Assembly (NCBI RefSeq): GCF_001194135.2
Contig: NC_068984.1
Coordinates: 61,484,492-61,548,491 of the forward strand
Origin: Octopus bimaculoides
Lineage: Eukaryota
Direction of reading: 5' to 3'
Length of the DNA stretch: 64,000 nucleotides
Shown: piece by piece, positions 48,116-61,780 of the stretch
Position numbering within the stretch: the first letter of the stretch is position 1
Layout: each line of letters starts with the position of its first letter
Notes under the pieces: generated by a model
Told to the model about the DNA's origin: nothing
Seen by the model: only the letters and a program-made list of their open reading frames with translations
The model's database searches: none
Position numbers and translations under genes: made by a program

Positions 48116-51100
48116 TTAGAATTTATTATGTGAATAGTTGAACAAAACGCCAACTCAATTTCACTTGCAGTCCTTATAATTCTCAGGCTTATTTCTTTCG
48201 AATATCTCAGTAGTCATGTCAACTGTCAAGCAAGCAAGTACATGATATCGACATGAAAGGTAGTAAAGTCTAGGGAAACGGAATGCATTAGAGAAGTTGT
48301 ACGTAACGAATTCTTCAGAGAAATGATTCTACAATATACTTCCTATATACCCATAAAAATTAATTATTTTTAGACCGCTTATGTCTTTGGCGTATGTGTA
48401 ACTTAGAAAAGCTCGCACGTATTTGGTTGAGGTATAGTTCATCAGCATATGATATACTGATATACTCGCTTCTGTCTTTGATTTTTAACCTTTTAGGCAT
48501 TCAATTTTGTGTTTCGGCTTTATATTCATAGAACTTTTCAGTATAACAAGAATTGGCGTCTAATATCTTTTAGAGACTCACAATATAATCGTTTCCTGGT
48601 CATTCTAGTTTATGTCTATATTAAATTATAGTGCATCTTTTCTAGGATTCATATTTTCCAACGCCTATTCAACAATTGGCCACACATTATATCATGACTT
48701 TCCCATAAAACCTTGGAGTGAATGCATTCCATCAATAAAATACTCCCTGAAAGTGAAAGTCTGCTGACAATTTTGTAAGCACAGATTTGAATTCTTCCAA
48801 GTCTGTATAGGTATCTATTTAACACGCTGTATTATAATACATATATGAATGTATGCGCACGCACGCGCGCACACACACATACACATATACGTGTGTGTAC
48901 TTGCGTGCATGTATGTTGGTATATGTGTGCGGGTATGTATGTTCTCTGATAAATATTTTACCACATACACCTAATATTATAAAGTCTGTCAGCATCCTAA
49001 TGTATTTACAGACTATATATTGTATTCAAAAAATCACAAATCGCTCGGTATATGATAGATACATAAAGAACTTCTGTGATCTTTCAATATTCCTCTATTG
49101 TTATCTTTTAGGGATGATATATTTTGTAAAGTGTTTTCGGAATAATTCATAAATATATAAATATGAGATGTGAAAAAATATGGAAGCGTATATGATTTGA
49201 AACGGTCATTAAAAAAAAAAAATATCGTATAGTCCAATTCTCTGCATAGATTTCTTTTGTTATACGTTATACGTCTTCAGATTAATATTTTTGCAATTTT
49301 GAATATTACATTTTTATAATTTAGTATTGATTTCTTACATTGGCAAGACAAAGGCATACTCATAACACAAACATATTTAGAAGTCATAAATAAACACAAA
49401 GCCTCTGATTATTTTAGCGCTTTTAGATGCCACTTTTTAATATATTACCTCTGTTCTGAATTCTTCTGTGTTTGCTACCACACAATTCATTACTTGTTTC
49501 CATTTTATACAAAATATAAGACTTTAGATGAGAGGTTTAGTTATGTGAAAGAATATGAACAACTTACTTCATAAAAACTTCACACAAGAATGTAAGCAAT
49601 GTAGATTATTCCAACTTTTCGTTCCTGTTATTGCTGTCATGTTCCGTTTTCGTCCTATATGATATACAAAATGCATTGGAAATTTTTCAAACTTCGGCTT
49701 TTACTTGCAAAAAGAATTGCCTGTTAATTGCATTATGTAATTATTTCTGCGTCAGATATTTTACAACAAATAACCATTGAAAACAACAATTTGACAGCAC
49801 CACATATTGAATCCTTGCCAATTTGATATCCTGTGGTGGTCACAAATATTAGACATGTAACTTGCGTATACATACATGCATACATACATACATAAACAAC
49901 ATTTCATTTGGCTTACATGGATCACACACCAACTATATTTCTGTTGGCAAGAGTCGAACGTATCTGCGTTCGATCTCCTTACCCTATCTACATGTCAAAA
50001 CATATCTTTATATTCATATCTCTAGAGAAAAAAAAGCACTCTTCCAAATTGTGAACTGCATCGGCATAAATATGGGATTCTGATGAATGGCAGGCAGATG
50101 ATATATATTTTAACGGTTTTGAGTGATTAGATATTGTAAGTTCTGACTTTGTAAGCTGTGACCACATCTTGATCGGATTTCGATGAAAAATATAAAAGTG
50201 GATTTAGTTTGCTCCACAATATGTTCAGACCAAATATTCAAGTGTGTGTTAATATAACAACTCACTATCTATTTTCTGTGATGATATAGTAATGTTTTTA
50301 TATTTTTTATGCGAAAGAAATATGAAACAAATAAGTGTAATATAACTTTCATTGTTTTCATTGGATATCAGAAGGGTATTATTGCCATCGAAGTCAAAAC
50401 ATGAATCTATTCAAAAATAATTATAATCAATACGAGTAGTATTAATGACAAAAGCAAACGTTATATCCAAAGTTACATGGATGTATTCTTAGAGCTCCAA
50501 GTTTTCTGCTATTTATCCTGAGAGATTCTCTCATATGGACATATAGCACATAAAAGCATACATATTTATATTGCTAAGAGCTTCTTGTCTACCAGCGATA
50601 TAATATGCTTAGTTTTATACCACCATACGTCCATATAAGAGGTCCTCTCAAGGTAAATGACGCAGGTTTCGGTGCTTTAAAAGCATGTCCAAGTTCAATG
50701 TGAGTCCATTAGTTTACAAATAACTTTCAACTAGATCGGTCATCACTTCTCCATAACAACAGCGAAAACTCTTTCAAATATACATCCCTCATTAAAAAAA
50801 AAAAAACCAAATGTTCTGCCTGCAAAATATAGTATGTCTATTCAATTAAAATGCGTGGATCTAAATTATAACAACAGTGCAGTGTCACAATATCATATAG
50901 ATTTAAGTGTCACAATAAAGAGTATGAAAAAGGTGAATCTCACACTTAACCTATCAATAAAAATAGAATCGATGTAGCTGATAGAAAGCATTCAATCTTT
51001 AGTTCAACTTCCTTGCTCAAATAATACCTTCTGATAACTACGTCGGCCGTTTATGAATGGTAGATTTGTCTTTGCCATTCTTTGAAGGTCACGTGATGTA

Positions 51101-51124
51101 CCCTCTTCTGCCAACGCCACAATA

Positions 51125-52019
51125 CAGCGTGTTCGGTTTGAATTTGACAGTTTGCATAAAAGGAAAAAAAATACAATATTCCATAAAAAATGCATTTAAA
51201 GAAAAATAAACTGAACTCAATTATAGCTGAGATCTAACAGTTTACTCAAAGTAGCCTGTCCCACCTTCCACCATTACCTTAAGACGGCTGCGGAACCTGG
51301 CGCATGTGTTCTTCACTCTGTTCCTCCGAAGATCTTTCCTCATCTCCCTGATCCATGGCCTTCAGCTTGGTCCTCGTGTTGAAGGCAGAGCGGTTGGTGT
51401 AATTCTCACCCCCCCCCCCACATATAGCAATCCATGGGAATACAATCGTGGTAATTAGTAGGTCAGAATGTGGGCCTGGTGAAATCGTAGAATTTCTCTG
51501 ACAACCACTTCTGACTTCTTCTGGACGTATGAGAAGGAGCCTAATCCTGCTACCACACGTATAGTCCTCCAGCTACAACCCTCTTTAGCCAGGATTTGAC
51601 CACAGTCTCCAGCAGCTTTATATAGCAGTCTGAGCTTAATCCAAGTCCACGTTCAAAGATGTGGGGATGAATTACGCCATGCAAAGGCTGCCTGAACGCC
51701 TGTTGTTTTCCTTCCTGTTGGCCACGGCTTTCTAGTCGCCACTACAGCTGCCTATGTCACGTTTTACAGCCTTTACTGTGTTCACAAAATACTGAGCAGC
51801 AGTCATGGTGTTGGCATTTTGATACCCGGTACAAATCATCATGAAACAAGTAATTATTTTTCAATATTCAGATAGCTTCCAGTTCTCGAAGTCAACTAAT
51901 TTTCTCTCAACTACAAATTTAAAATTTATATTTTCCAACGCCGTTGATTGTTTGCCAACACATTAAGTCTTCCTGAAAAGGGGAGAAAAAAATTCATCAA
52001 ATTTAGTCCGAACACCATG
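51125..52019 (-). mobile_element. Tc1/mariner superfamily DD37D (maT-type) transposon remnant
   Basis: TA-flanked imperfect TIRs (TA|CAGCGTGTTCGGTTTGAATTTGA versus TCAAATTTAGTCCGAACACCATG|TA). Minus strand VW*QD*APSHTSRRSQKWLSEKFYDFTRPTF*PTNYHDCIPMDCYMW has 37 residues between the second and third catalytic-position Asp; it ends CARFRSRLKVMVEGGTGYFE*. Confidence 0.85.
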
Positions 52020-52714
52020 TATAATAGAATGCCATATTCAAGCAGGGAAGATACATACAACAGTGTATCCACCAATACAAATCAGTCAAGATGTTACAGT
52101 TAAGATGCTTGTGACAACCTGTCTGTTGTATCCAGATTGGCCTAAGACTAAACGAAGAGAGCATCAAAGATTAACGTTTTGCCTCATAAGAATCAATTGA
52201 TTTTATGCTGCCTCTTAGACATTAAAGACACAGTTTTCCTTTTAACCAACCTAATCTATATTCATATTGAAGATCTTCAAAATGCATATGTAACAAATGC
52301 AAATATTTGTTCAAATAAAAACAAATAAATAAATTCACTATTTGAAATATAATTATTTGGCCGTAAGCCAACGAGCAAAATATCAAGAATGGAAAACCTT
52401 AACTGAAAAGATAATATCGAGCATATTTAGACAATATGAAAGAAATTATGAAGAAGAATAGAAGACGCATTTGTTTTCTTATATTAAGGTGGTGCATGTA
52501 TTCGATCCAGGCTTTAATAATACACGAGATATAGAAGATGAAATTATTCTCCCCTTTATCATAAATTTCTTTTCTGCCATTCTAGATTCTACCGCTTGAG
52601 ATTTTTCTAACTACTCATTCAGTTAATAGCTACTCATTTAGGTGTAAGTTAGGATCTATTCAATTTTTTCTACATTAAATGAGTATTTATATACTGATTT
52701 TAAATTTCAAATTT

Positions 52715-52895
52715 TGGTATGAAGCCATCAAGCTCGATTACATCGACCCCAATGCTCAATTGCTATTTATTTCATCCCATCCGAAAGGAAGAAATGCAAA
52801 GCCGACCTCGGCAGATTTGAATTCAGAATATAAAGCCATTACAAATGTGGATAAGCATTTTGCCCGGCGTGCTAACGATTCCTTCAGCTCACCGC
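52715..52895 (-). mobile_element. Family A SINE
   Basis: GATTACATCGACCCCAATGCTCAATTG...CCGAAAGGAAGAAATGCAAAGCCGACCTCGGCAGATTTGAATTCAG...GCATTTTGCCCGGCGTGCTAACGATTCC...CTCACCGC. Confidence 0.9.
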
Positions 52896-53872
52896 TTTTG
52901 GAGTATTTATATAGTAACCAACACATATCTATATTCAACCTGCCCGAATACAATTATGAATGCAAATACATGAATATTAATTTCTTTCATAGAAATGATC
53001 ATATGCACAAAATTACATACAGAAGGACACGCTCACAAACCCCCCAGCCACACGTCATGTGCGCGCGTGTGTATGTGTTTATATATTTATGTATAGAGAG
53101 AGAAAGAGAGGGAGAGAGAGACGGTGAAAAAATGACTGAGAATAAAGAAGCAAAGGCAGTAGAAAGGAAGAAATAATGAAGGTGCTAATATTTGTAATTT
53201 TTATATTTTCTTGTGTAAACACCTTATAGACATATCTATACATATCAGTATACAACAATACATAGATATTTATTGTTTATATATATATACGCGTGTATGC
53301 ATGAGTGTGTGTGTGTGTGTAATGCTGTTCGCGACAGATTTCTGCTTTTCTCAGGGAAATTCTATTAACAGATGACTCATTTTCGCAACAACCCTTCAAT
53401 TCACACGGCAGACGTAGATTGCGTAATGATCTTCATCGCTTCTAAAATTCTTGCATTTATCTCACGTTAATCTACAAGTAAAGAAATTATAACTTCAACC
53501 CTAAAAATTCAGAAACTCGTTTGTTTATTTTCAATTTTCAAGCGCTAAAACACGTTAAAAATAGATTTGCAAAGTTGCTATAATACAAATGTAGCTATAG
53601 ATAAAAGCTCATAACAGATCGGGTAAGAAACCCTTAAAGAAAAAGTGGACAAACTTACGTGCGGGAAGAGAACCACGCAACTGTTACTGATAGGGTAGCA
53701 ATGGTATCAAAACTCCAGAATGAATAACCAAAATTCGACTCTCAAATTAAAAGGCTCACCTTACAGGCGTGAAAGAAAGAATTTCTATGACCTAAAGTCA
53801 CCTGTAGTCATTCATCAATCATCGATATAGGCTACGACTGAACATTTGGAATCTATTCTTCGCATTGTCGAG

Positions 53873-54097
53873 AGTATATAGTCCAACTAAATCTGGAACA
53901 TCAGCCAAGTTGAACAACAGTTGATCACAGGAAGCGTTTAATGGTTTTGTGATCATCATATAGATGCATAAACCAACGACGAGTATATAGTCCAACCAAA
54001 TCTGGAACATCAGCGAAGTTAAACTGCAGTTCATCGCAGAAACATCTGAAGGTTTTCTGATCATCATATAAATGCATAAATGCATCAACCAACGACG
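53873..54097. repeat. Two-copy tandem duplication of a ~108-bp unit
   Basis: GAGTATATAGTCCAAC.AAATCTGGAACATCAGC.AAGTT.AAC...GGTTTT.TGATCATCATATA.ATGCATAA...CCAACGAC occurs twice in succession. Confidence 0.85.
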
Positions 54098-54149
54098 TTC
54101 TTTCTAGTTTGTAGGATTATCTTCATTTCACTAATGTCAATATTGGTAA

Positions 54150-54560
54150 TCAATGTCGTGTAGCAACTTAGGGCCTTTAAGAAAACAAATGTGGTCGTGG
54201 TGTAGTAATTGTATATGTCGAACAGGGTGCGTCCTGTTCAAGTTTTGTTACTGATACCTCTAAACCATTCGCTTATCTCCCTTGTATTAAATTATAAGAC
54301 TGACTAGATCTAAGATCTCGCTAACCTTACCTGTTTGAGCCAAGTACCCAATATAAAATCCTAACTGATTTCCCGGCAATGGTTAAGGTGTCTAGGGTAA
54401 TTTAGTTCCATCTGTAATATGTGTCCGTTAAATTATTTTCTATTGTTTAGTAGTATCGGGAAACAAGTTTCCTGCTTTGATTTAGTTGTCAAACAAACCT
54501 AGTCAATCTTCTAAACTGTTAATTTTTCGTTGGAGTTGTATGTACACATAGTCAATTGAA
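54150..54560 (-). mobile_element. Possible very old LINE RT C-terminal remnant
   Basis: Minus-strand peptide-like stretches QLQRKINSLED*L, LTIAGKSVRIL and TYTITTPRPHL loosely resemble post-YADD LINE motifs; many stops. Confidence 0.25.
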
Positions 54561-55139
54561 ACAAATATGTATCGTAGAAAATGTCCTTGCATACTGTAAT
54601 GTTAAACGTACAAACGAAAAGTGATACGTACGTGCCTCAGTGAGTAGAATGACAATCAGCAACACGTTTGCCATTCAGTTTACGATTTCAGAAATATATG
54701 CTCGAGATGCAAATGATAGTGTATCTGTAATATATGGTAACTGCACGTGAAGTTTGTGCAAATGCGCCTGCAACATCTGTCGTACAAGGAATTCCGTATC
54801 GAATGGATATACTTGTGGGTCTACGGGAATATGAAATGCATATCAGTATTTTCCAAGCGCGTATGAATAACGGACCCTCGAATGACCACATACAACTAAG
54901 TGTGTGGAAGATGCAAACTGTTATGATATCTGTTGGTGTAGATTTGCATAACCATGCAGTTATGCATACTGCATTGCGCTTATGTCAATGTACGCGCACG
55001 TACGTATGTGATGTGTGTCTGAAGCTAATCAAAATTAAACATATGATATATCAACTCGCGAGAAAGTGTATACCTGTTGCTGAATAGTAATGTAGAAACA
55101 ATATTTAAAACTTATAAATAGGGTGAAACGTTAATTAGG

Positions 55140-55816
55140 ATTTTGTGCAAAAACAAAACCCAACCTATCGCCAGACAACAATAAAGGAACGAAATGAGAC
55201 TTTAGACTACAAGAAACGTGAATTGTACATACATATATACATACATACATACATACATAAATACATACGTACATACATACGTACATACATACGTACATAC
55301 ATACGTACATACACACATACAAATTTCCTACGTACTAACATGCATGCATACATACATGCATGCATACATACAAGCATGCATACGTACATGCATGCATACA
55401 TACATGCATACATGGATACGTACAAACACACAAACGTACAAACATACAAACATAATATATACATGTATACGCACATACATACATACATACTTAATATATA
55501 CAGACATAGATACATGCATAGAAATACACATATACATATATATGTATATATATATANNNNNNNNNNNNNNNNNNNNNNNNNNNNNNNNNNNNNNNNNNNN
55601 NNNNNNNNNNNNNNNNNNNNNNNNNNNNNNNNNNNNNNNNNNNNNNNNNNNNNNNNNNNNNNNNNNNNNNNNNNNNNNNNNNNNNNNNNNNNNNNNNNNN
55701 NNNNNNNNNNNNNNNNNNNNNNNNNNNNNNNNNNNNNNNNNNNNNNNNNNNNNNNNNNNNNNNNNNNNNNNNNNNNNNNNNNNNNNNNNNNNNNNNNNNN
55801 NNNNNNNNNNNNNNNN

Positions 55817-55870
<54 letters not shown>

Positions 55871-55907
55871 ATATATGTATGTGTATGTGTGTGTGTGTGT
55901 GTGTGTG
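55140..55907. repeat. Complex (TACA)n/(TA)n/(TG)n microsatellite block spanning an N-gap
   Basis: Directly visible; it explains the long HTYI/VCMY low-complexity ORFs. Confidence 0.9.
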
Positions 55908-56402
55908 AATCATAATGACACATTAAAGTGTCTACCCGCAAGAAATGAGAGTTAAGACCCTCTTTTGGACCACCAAAACTTTACACTGAAAATAAGAGTT
56001 TCAACAGTATACGAGCAAGCGAACCGAAAAAATCTCTCACATACCTATACAGCATAAAGCTATATATTTAATGGTACAGGTATATATGTGGATAGGTTTC
56101 TGGTTTAATAAGCAATTAAGGACGCCAGCAGATTTCAACGTGGCAGATTGGGAAGGTGTTTCAAAAGGTTAAGATGTACTGAAGAAGATAAGATTTTCGT
56201 ATCAAACCAGAAACCGGTTGACATACATACCTGTACCATTTAATATATAGCTTTATGCTACATAAGTATGCGTGGCATTTTTGCGATCTACATGCTTGCG
56301 TACTGTTGAATCTGTTATTTTCAGTGTAAATTTTTGGTGGTCTAAAGGAGGGTTTTAACTCTCATTTTTAGGGAGCAGACACTTTAATGCGTCCTTATCA
56401 TT
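55908..56402. mobile_element. MITE-like element with ~200-bp imperfect inverted arms and a ~90-bp spacer
   Basis: 55908-56110 (CATTAAAGTGTCT...TGAGAGTTAA.ACCCTC...ACCACCAAAA.TTTACACTGAAAATAA...GCATAAAGCTATATAT..AATGGTACAGGTAT...GGTTTCTGGTTT) is the reverse complement of 56200-56402. Confidence 0.85.
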
Positions 56403-56934
56403 AATATAATTTTAATTCTATAGTTATATAATGTTGATTTAGGCCTGCAACCACCTATACTGATATTGTTGTTATTATCAACTATTTGTATTGCCTTCGA
56501 TAATAATAACAATGCTTATATCTATATAAATATTCACTTGTGAATATTTTGCTGTTACCTGTAATTTTGAAAGTTACAGGGATGCTACTAACTAAAAATA
56601 TTTATATGTTTCATGCATGTATCTACACTCCATGTGTAAATATAGACACGTATATCGAAACAGCTAAATATAGAATATTTGTTTCCGTTTGGTATTCTAT
56701 AGAGACATGATTATACAAAGTGAAATTGTCTTTTTTTGTATCGCACACAGTTTAAATATTTCTACAAAATATCATTTGAAGTTTTGGAAAAAGTAGCTTG
56801 ACAAAGCGAGGGTACGATTAATATTGAAGCGAAATTTTCTGGAATTATTTATTTCAATTTAAATATAATCAGCATGGATGATACGTTCAGGTAAATTATC
56901 ATCGCATTTTGTTAGATATTGTGTGACACTACCA

Positions 56935-57181
56935 TTGTGCTTAGGTGTGCTTAAGCACAGGGCCTTGTCGACCAGGGTAGGCCCATCTTAATTCCTCCCC
57001 ACCGTCAATTTTTTACGATGAAGTTTCCAAATGTTAAACGTTTAAATGTTTTTCCTAAAAATTATAAAAATGAAATTAATAATTTGAACGCTTTTTCCTG
57101 AGTATTTATGCCTGACTCTCCAAGTAAGGGCCCCCATAACTTAACTAACACAGGGCCTAGTTTGTCCTAAATCCAGCACTG
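56935..57181. mobile_element. Possible small DNA-transposon remnant
   Basis: GC-rich ends GTGCTTAAGCACAGGGCC and GGGCCCCC...CACAGGGCCTAG...AAATCCAGCACTG resemble hAT-type MITE termini; only one terminus is clear. Confidence 0.3.
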
Positions 57182-58144
57182 AACACAACGGTCAAATGTC
57201 CATATAGATATGAGTTATTTCCGACCCAATTAAAGGTTAAAAATTATATATATTTCTAAGAACATAGCAATCGGGAAATCAATCATTCTGTTGTTATTAA
57301 TTTCAAATTTGAGTTCATTATTTATAAGCAGTTTCAAAATACCGACGGAAAGATATATTTTTGTTTTCCATTTGGAACTTAACGACAATATATGCGTGGT
57401 CCAAGGTGGTAATCTCTATCTATTCAGTGGGCCTAGCAAACATGACAACGAATTCTCCCTCAACTTCCACCATGCGTTAAATGACGTAGATAAAGTAATA
57501 CAAATTATACTACGCCGACAGAAAGGCTTGAATTAACATTTGAACAACTTTGATTACAACTGCTCGACCAGAACTCTCCTGAAATATAGTAAAGCAAGAA
57601 ATCTGTATCGGTGGGGGGAACAAATAGCCACCACAGGAGGTTAAGCTAACTTGGATGTTTTTATGTAATGTAAGTCCTTTTAAATCTGCTATAGTACTAG
57701 AAATCGATGTATGAATAACCATTTGTTCATTAGCTTCCATTATAGTATTTCAAACATTCCCAAATGCATAGACTTACATAATTACAGAAAACTACAATAC
57801 TCAATTCCAGATCAGAGAGTACAATTGATTTAATTAATCAGTGATGCATTACGAAGTTACAACTTGTCCTGTATTTAATAAGTGAAGTGTAAAAAAGTGA
57901 AATTTTGAATGAAACAAACCAACTACGTAAAATAGTACTCAATTATACAATATAAGTGAAACAAAAAAAAAAAGCAAACAGGAAGATAGCTTGATGTCGG
58001 GTTTAATTTATTAAACACTTTACTGGCATCTCGCAAGAGAACAAAGAAAACTCATTTCAAAGTGTTTGAATTAACATTAAGCAGTGCAGATGTTTGCAGC
58101 TGTGATAGAATATCATGGAGAGTCAAATATTTCTATTGTTATTA

Positions 58145-58360
58145 TAATCCTTTCTGCTATGAGTGCAAGGCCTGAAATTTGGGCCCGGGGATAGTCGATT
58201 ACGTCGACCCCCATGGCTCAAATGGTACTTATTTTATCGACCTCAAAAAGATAAAAGGTAAAGTCGACCTCTGTGGAATTTGAGCTCAGAACTTAAGGAC
58301 GGACGAAAGGCCGCTAATAATTTTGCCCGGCGTACTAACGAATCTGTTATTTTGCCGCCT
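58145..58360 (-). mobile_element. Family A SINE
   Basis: GCAAGGCCTGAAATTTGGG...GGGGATAGTCGATTACGTCGACCCC...GGTACTTATTTTATCGACC...AAAGTCGACCTCTGTGGAATTTGAGCTCAGAAC...TTTTGCCCGGCGTACTAACG...GCCGCC. Confidence 0.9.
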
Positions 58361-58934
58361 TTTCTACTGTTATTAAAATAACAGATTATAACATTCTACT
58401 TCTTTCACCTAAATACCTTCTCCCACAAAAAATGTATAACTTCGTGAGAACAATATAAATGATCAAATAGTTTAAGCTTTAAAACGATTTATGAACATTT
58501 TTTTTTCATTAGGTGTAACCATTATTTCTCTTGGTCTTCTGATACAATAAAAGCTATCCCGCACATAATAATGATTTCTGTAATAGGTAAATGACTGCAA
58601 GTTATATGAGTGATATTTATTTCATTCACACATGACAGTTGACTAAGATAGCTTTGAAAAGATTTGATTGCGGAAGCTGGCGCCGCCGGTTTTTTTCTTT
58701 AATTCTCCATGAATACGACACGATCCCTCTTGATTTCTATTCTAAAACTATTTCTAAATAAACAACAGTAATTCAAGGGACGCCAGTAATTCAGTAACAA
58801 TTATGCTGTTAATCTTGGTTAATTATTGTAGGTATATCAATGCATATTAGTATTTGCAGCATATCAGTGTAGAGAACAGAAACGATTGTGACCAAAAGTA
58901 GTTTCATTAATACGATATTAAATTTTTAGATCGA

Positions 58935-59035
58935 CTTAGTGGTAAGAAGTTTGCTTCCAAACCATTCAGTCCCGGATTCAGAACACTGCGTGGCACTTGA
59001 CTCAAATAAGCCCGTCGTATGTCGCAAGTCAAGTC
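58935..59035 (+). mobile_element. Family B SINE 5' fragment running into (GT)n and a gap
   Basis: GTGGTAAGAAGTTTGCTTCCAAACCATTCAGTCCCGGATTCAG..CACTGCGTGGCAC...AAGCCCGTCGTATG. Confidence 0.7.
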
Positions 59036-59036
59036 T

Positions 59037-59109
<73 letters not shown>

Positions 59110-59712
59110 NNNNNNNNNNNNNNNNNNNNNNNNNNNNNNNNNNNNNNNNNNNNNNNNNNNNNNNNNNNNNNNNNNNNNNNNNNNNNNNNNNNNNNNNNNN
59201 NNNNNNNNNNNNNNNNNNNNNNNNNNNNNNNNNNNNNNNNNNNNNNNNNNNNNNNNNNNNNNNNNNNNNNNNNNNNNNNNNNNNNNNNNNNNNNNNNNNN
59301 NNNNNNNNNNNNNNNNNNNNNNNNNNNNNNNNNNNNNNNNNNNNNNNNNNNNNNNNNNNNNNNNNNNNNNNNNNNNNNNNNNNNNNNNNNNNNNNNNNNN
59401 NNNNNNNNNNNNNNNNNNNNNNNNNNNNNNNNNNNNNNNNNNNNNNNNNNNNNNNNNNNNNNNNNNNNNNNNNNNNNNNNNNNNNNNNNNNNNNNNNNNN
59501 NNNNNNNNNNNNNNNNNNNNNNNNNNNNNNNNNNNNNNNNNNNNNNNNNNNNNNNNNNNNNNNNNNNNNNNNNNNNNNNNNNNNNNNNNNNNNNNNNNNN
59601 NNNNNNNNNNNNNNNNNNNNNNNNNNATTCGTTCCTCTCTTTCCCCCTCTCTTTCTAAAACATCACTTCCAATATTACATAAAAAGGCCAAGCAAACTGA
59701 TTATGCAAATGC

Positions 59713-59745
<33 letters not shown>

Positions 59746-59921
59746 TGCATATGTGAATGTCTATTTGTATACGTATACACACACCCTTTTCATCGCCATT
59801 GCTTCTTGACACTGTTGATGTTTCTTAGTTTCATTTCATTTACTTTCTTGTTTCTGGGCCCTTGACTTCACGGACGTCAAAGTGCCGTCCCGGCAGATCC
59901 CAGCCTCTCTCTCTCTCTCCG

Positions 59922-59971
<50 letters not shown>

Positions 59972-61557
59972 CATATATTAGTGTGTATGTGTGTTTGCAA
60001 ATGTCGCAACCAAGTTTTGATAATTCTATAAGCGAACCGAATTTGAATATTGTTTTAATAGCAACTGGTGTCTCTAGAGTTGCAAAAGTTTGATGAATGC
60101 TGGCCCTGTTAACTGGAGGGAAGAAAACCAGAAAAGTTTTCATACATGCATGCACGGAATGAAACTAACAGCCTCTCCCTTCCTCCCAGCGCCTCCTTTT
60201 TCTCTACCACCCCTACCGCCACCTTAGACACCAGCACCCACCTGGACCGTGTCAACGCCCACCGGGGAGCGGTAGCGCTCACTTTGAGAAACTTCAGTTT
60301 ATAACATCAATCGCTCGCTTGTTGCTCTTATTAGTCTGTATATGCATTCAGTGGATACGTCGAACATACGTGAATAACATTTTTAAGAAATATCAGACCT
60401 ACTAACCAACAAAGATAATACGCACCTACATATATATGCATGTATACTTGCGCGCGCACAAACACACACACACGCATTCGCACACATGTGTATAATATGT
60501 GTGTGTGTGTATGTGTGTTTATGTATAAATACACAAATCTGCAAGACTTCTACTAATGAGCTACCTTGCATATTGAAATATCTTTTCAGTTTTCCTCAAT
60601 CTTTACATTTCTGTTAGCTTGGTGCAAGTTTATAACAGCTGGAAATGTAAAATTTATACAAGAATATGCATTCAAAACATTTTGCCTTAAGTATTCAAAT
60701 AAGATTAATAAGCTATCTCTATTATTTTGAAGTGAATTTCTGTCCATTAACTGGTATTACTTCAGAAAAATATGCGAAGCATCCGTTTTGAAAAAAAAAA
60801 AAAAATTATAGAAAAGTGATACGGATTTTATTAATTCAGATATGATAGTAGTACATTTCACCAGAAGATCGTGGTAAGAGAGAAATTAAACATAAACTAT
60901 TTCTCTCTTAGTTTATGTGAAAAAGTTGAATACATTTCTATTTATAGAGGAGCTATTCAGTAAAATTCAAGACCTAAAGCCTCACTAGGAAGAAATGTAA
61001 TATGACTAATTATATACAGAGAATTTACTTAGAAATATCGAAAGTAATAACAGATATTGCATTCATTTGAATATTTAGTCATTGTTGCATGAAGCAAACA
61101 AAAAAATTGCTGAATCCATCACATATATATTTCATACAGAATGTGTACAAATAATTTCATTCGAATATATTTTATTAGAGCATTTGTATAATTTGTGTTT
61201 GACTTGCGTTTAAGCGTTTACTGTACTCTAAAACGTTGGTAACCTATTTCAAGGAAATAAAGTAAATAATTATATTTTCACCGCGTATCTGATTTCATTT
61301 AAACCAGACAATAAGTGAATCTAAATTATATTAAATGTGGTGAAACCGTCAATAAGAGCTCCACTCTTACTGATAATTTCTTTTCTCTTTCTTTTAAGTA
61401 ATTTATATTGTTTGCAAAATTTACAGTTAACTTATAAACGTAAAACTCTATCCGTGGCATACTTTTTTCCAATTTCAATTTTAACGACTATATCCCTTCT
61501 TCATATATGCAGAAGTTGTATGAACAACAAACTAGATACATCATAACTTTAATATAT

Positions 61558-61603
<46 letters not shown>

Positions 61604-61780
61604 AATATAAACAGCAGTTTGCAATGCTTCACCAGATATGAGAATTATAATTCTCACTAAATGTCACGAGGGTGTTAGAAAACACTTACATTGCTAGAAA
61701 GAAGAGCTAAATCGCTGTAATGTTGTAGTTAACGAACATGAATGAAAGCATATACACCAACAGGGAAAATAATCGTCCGA

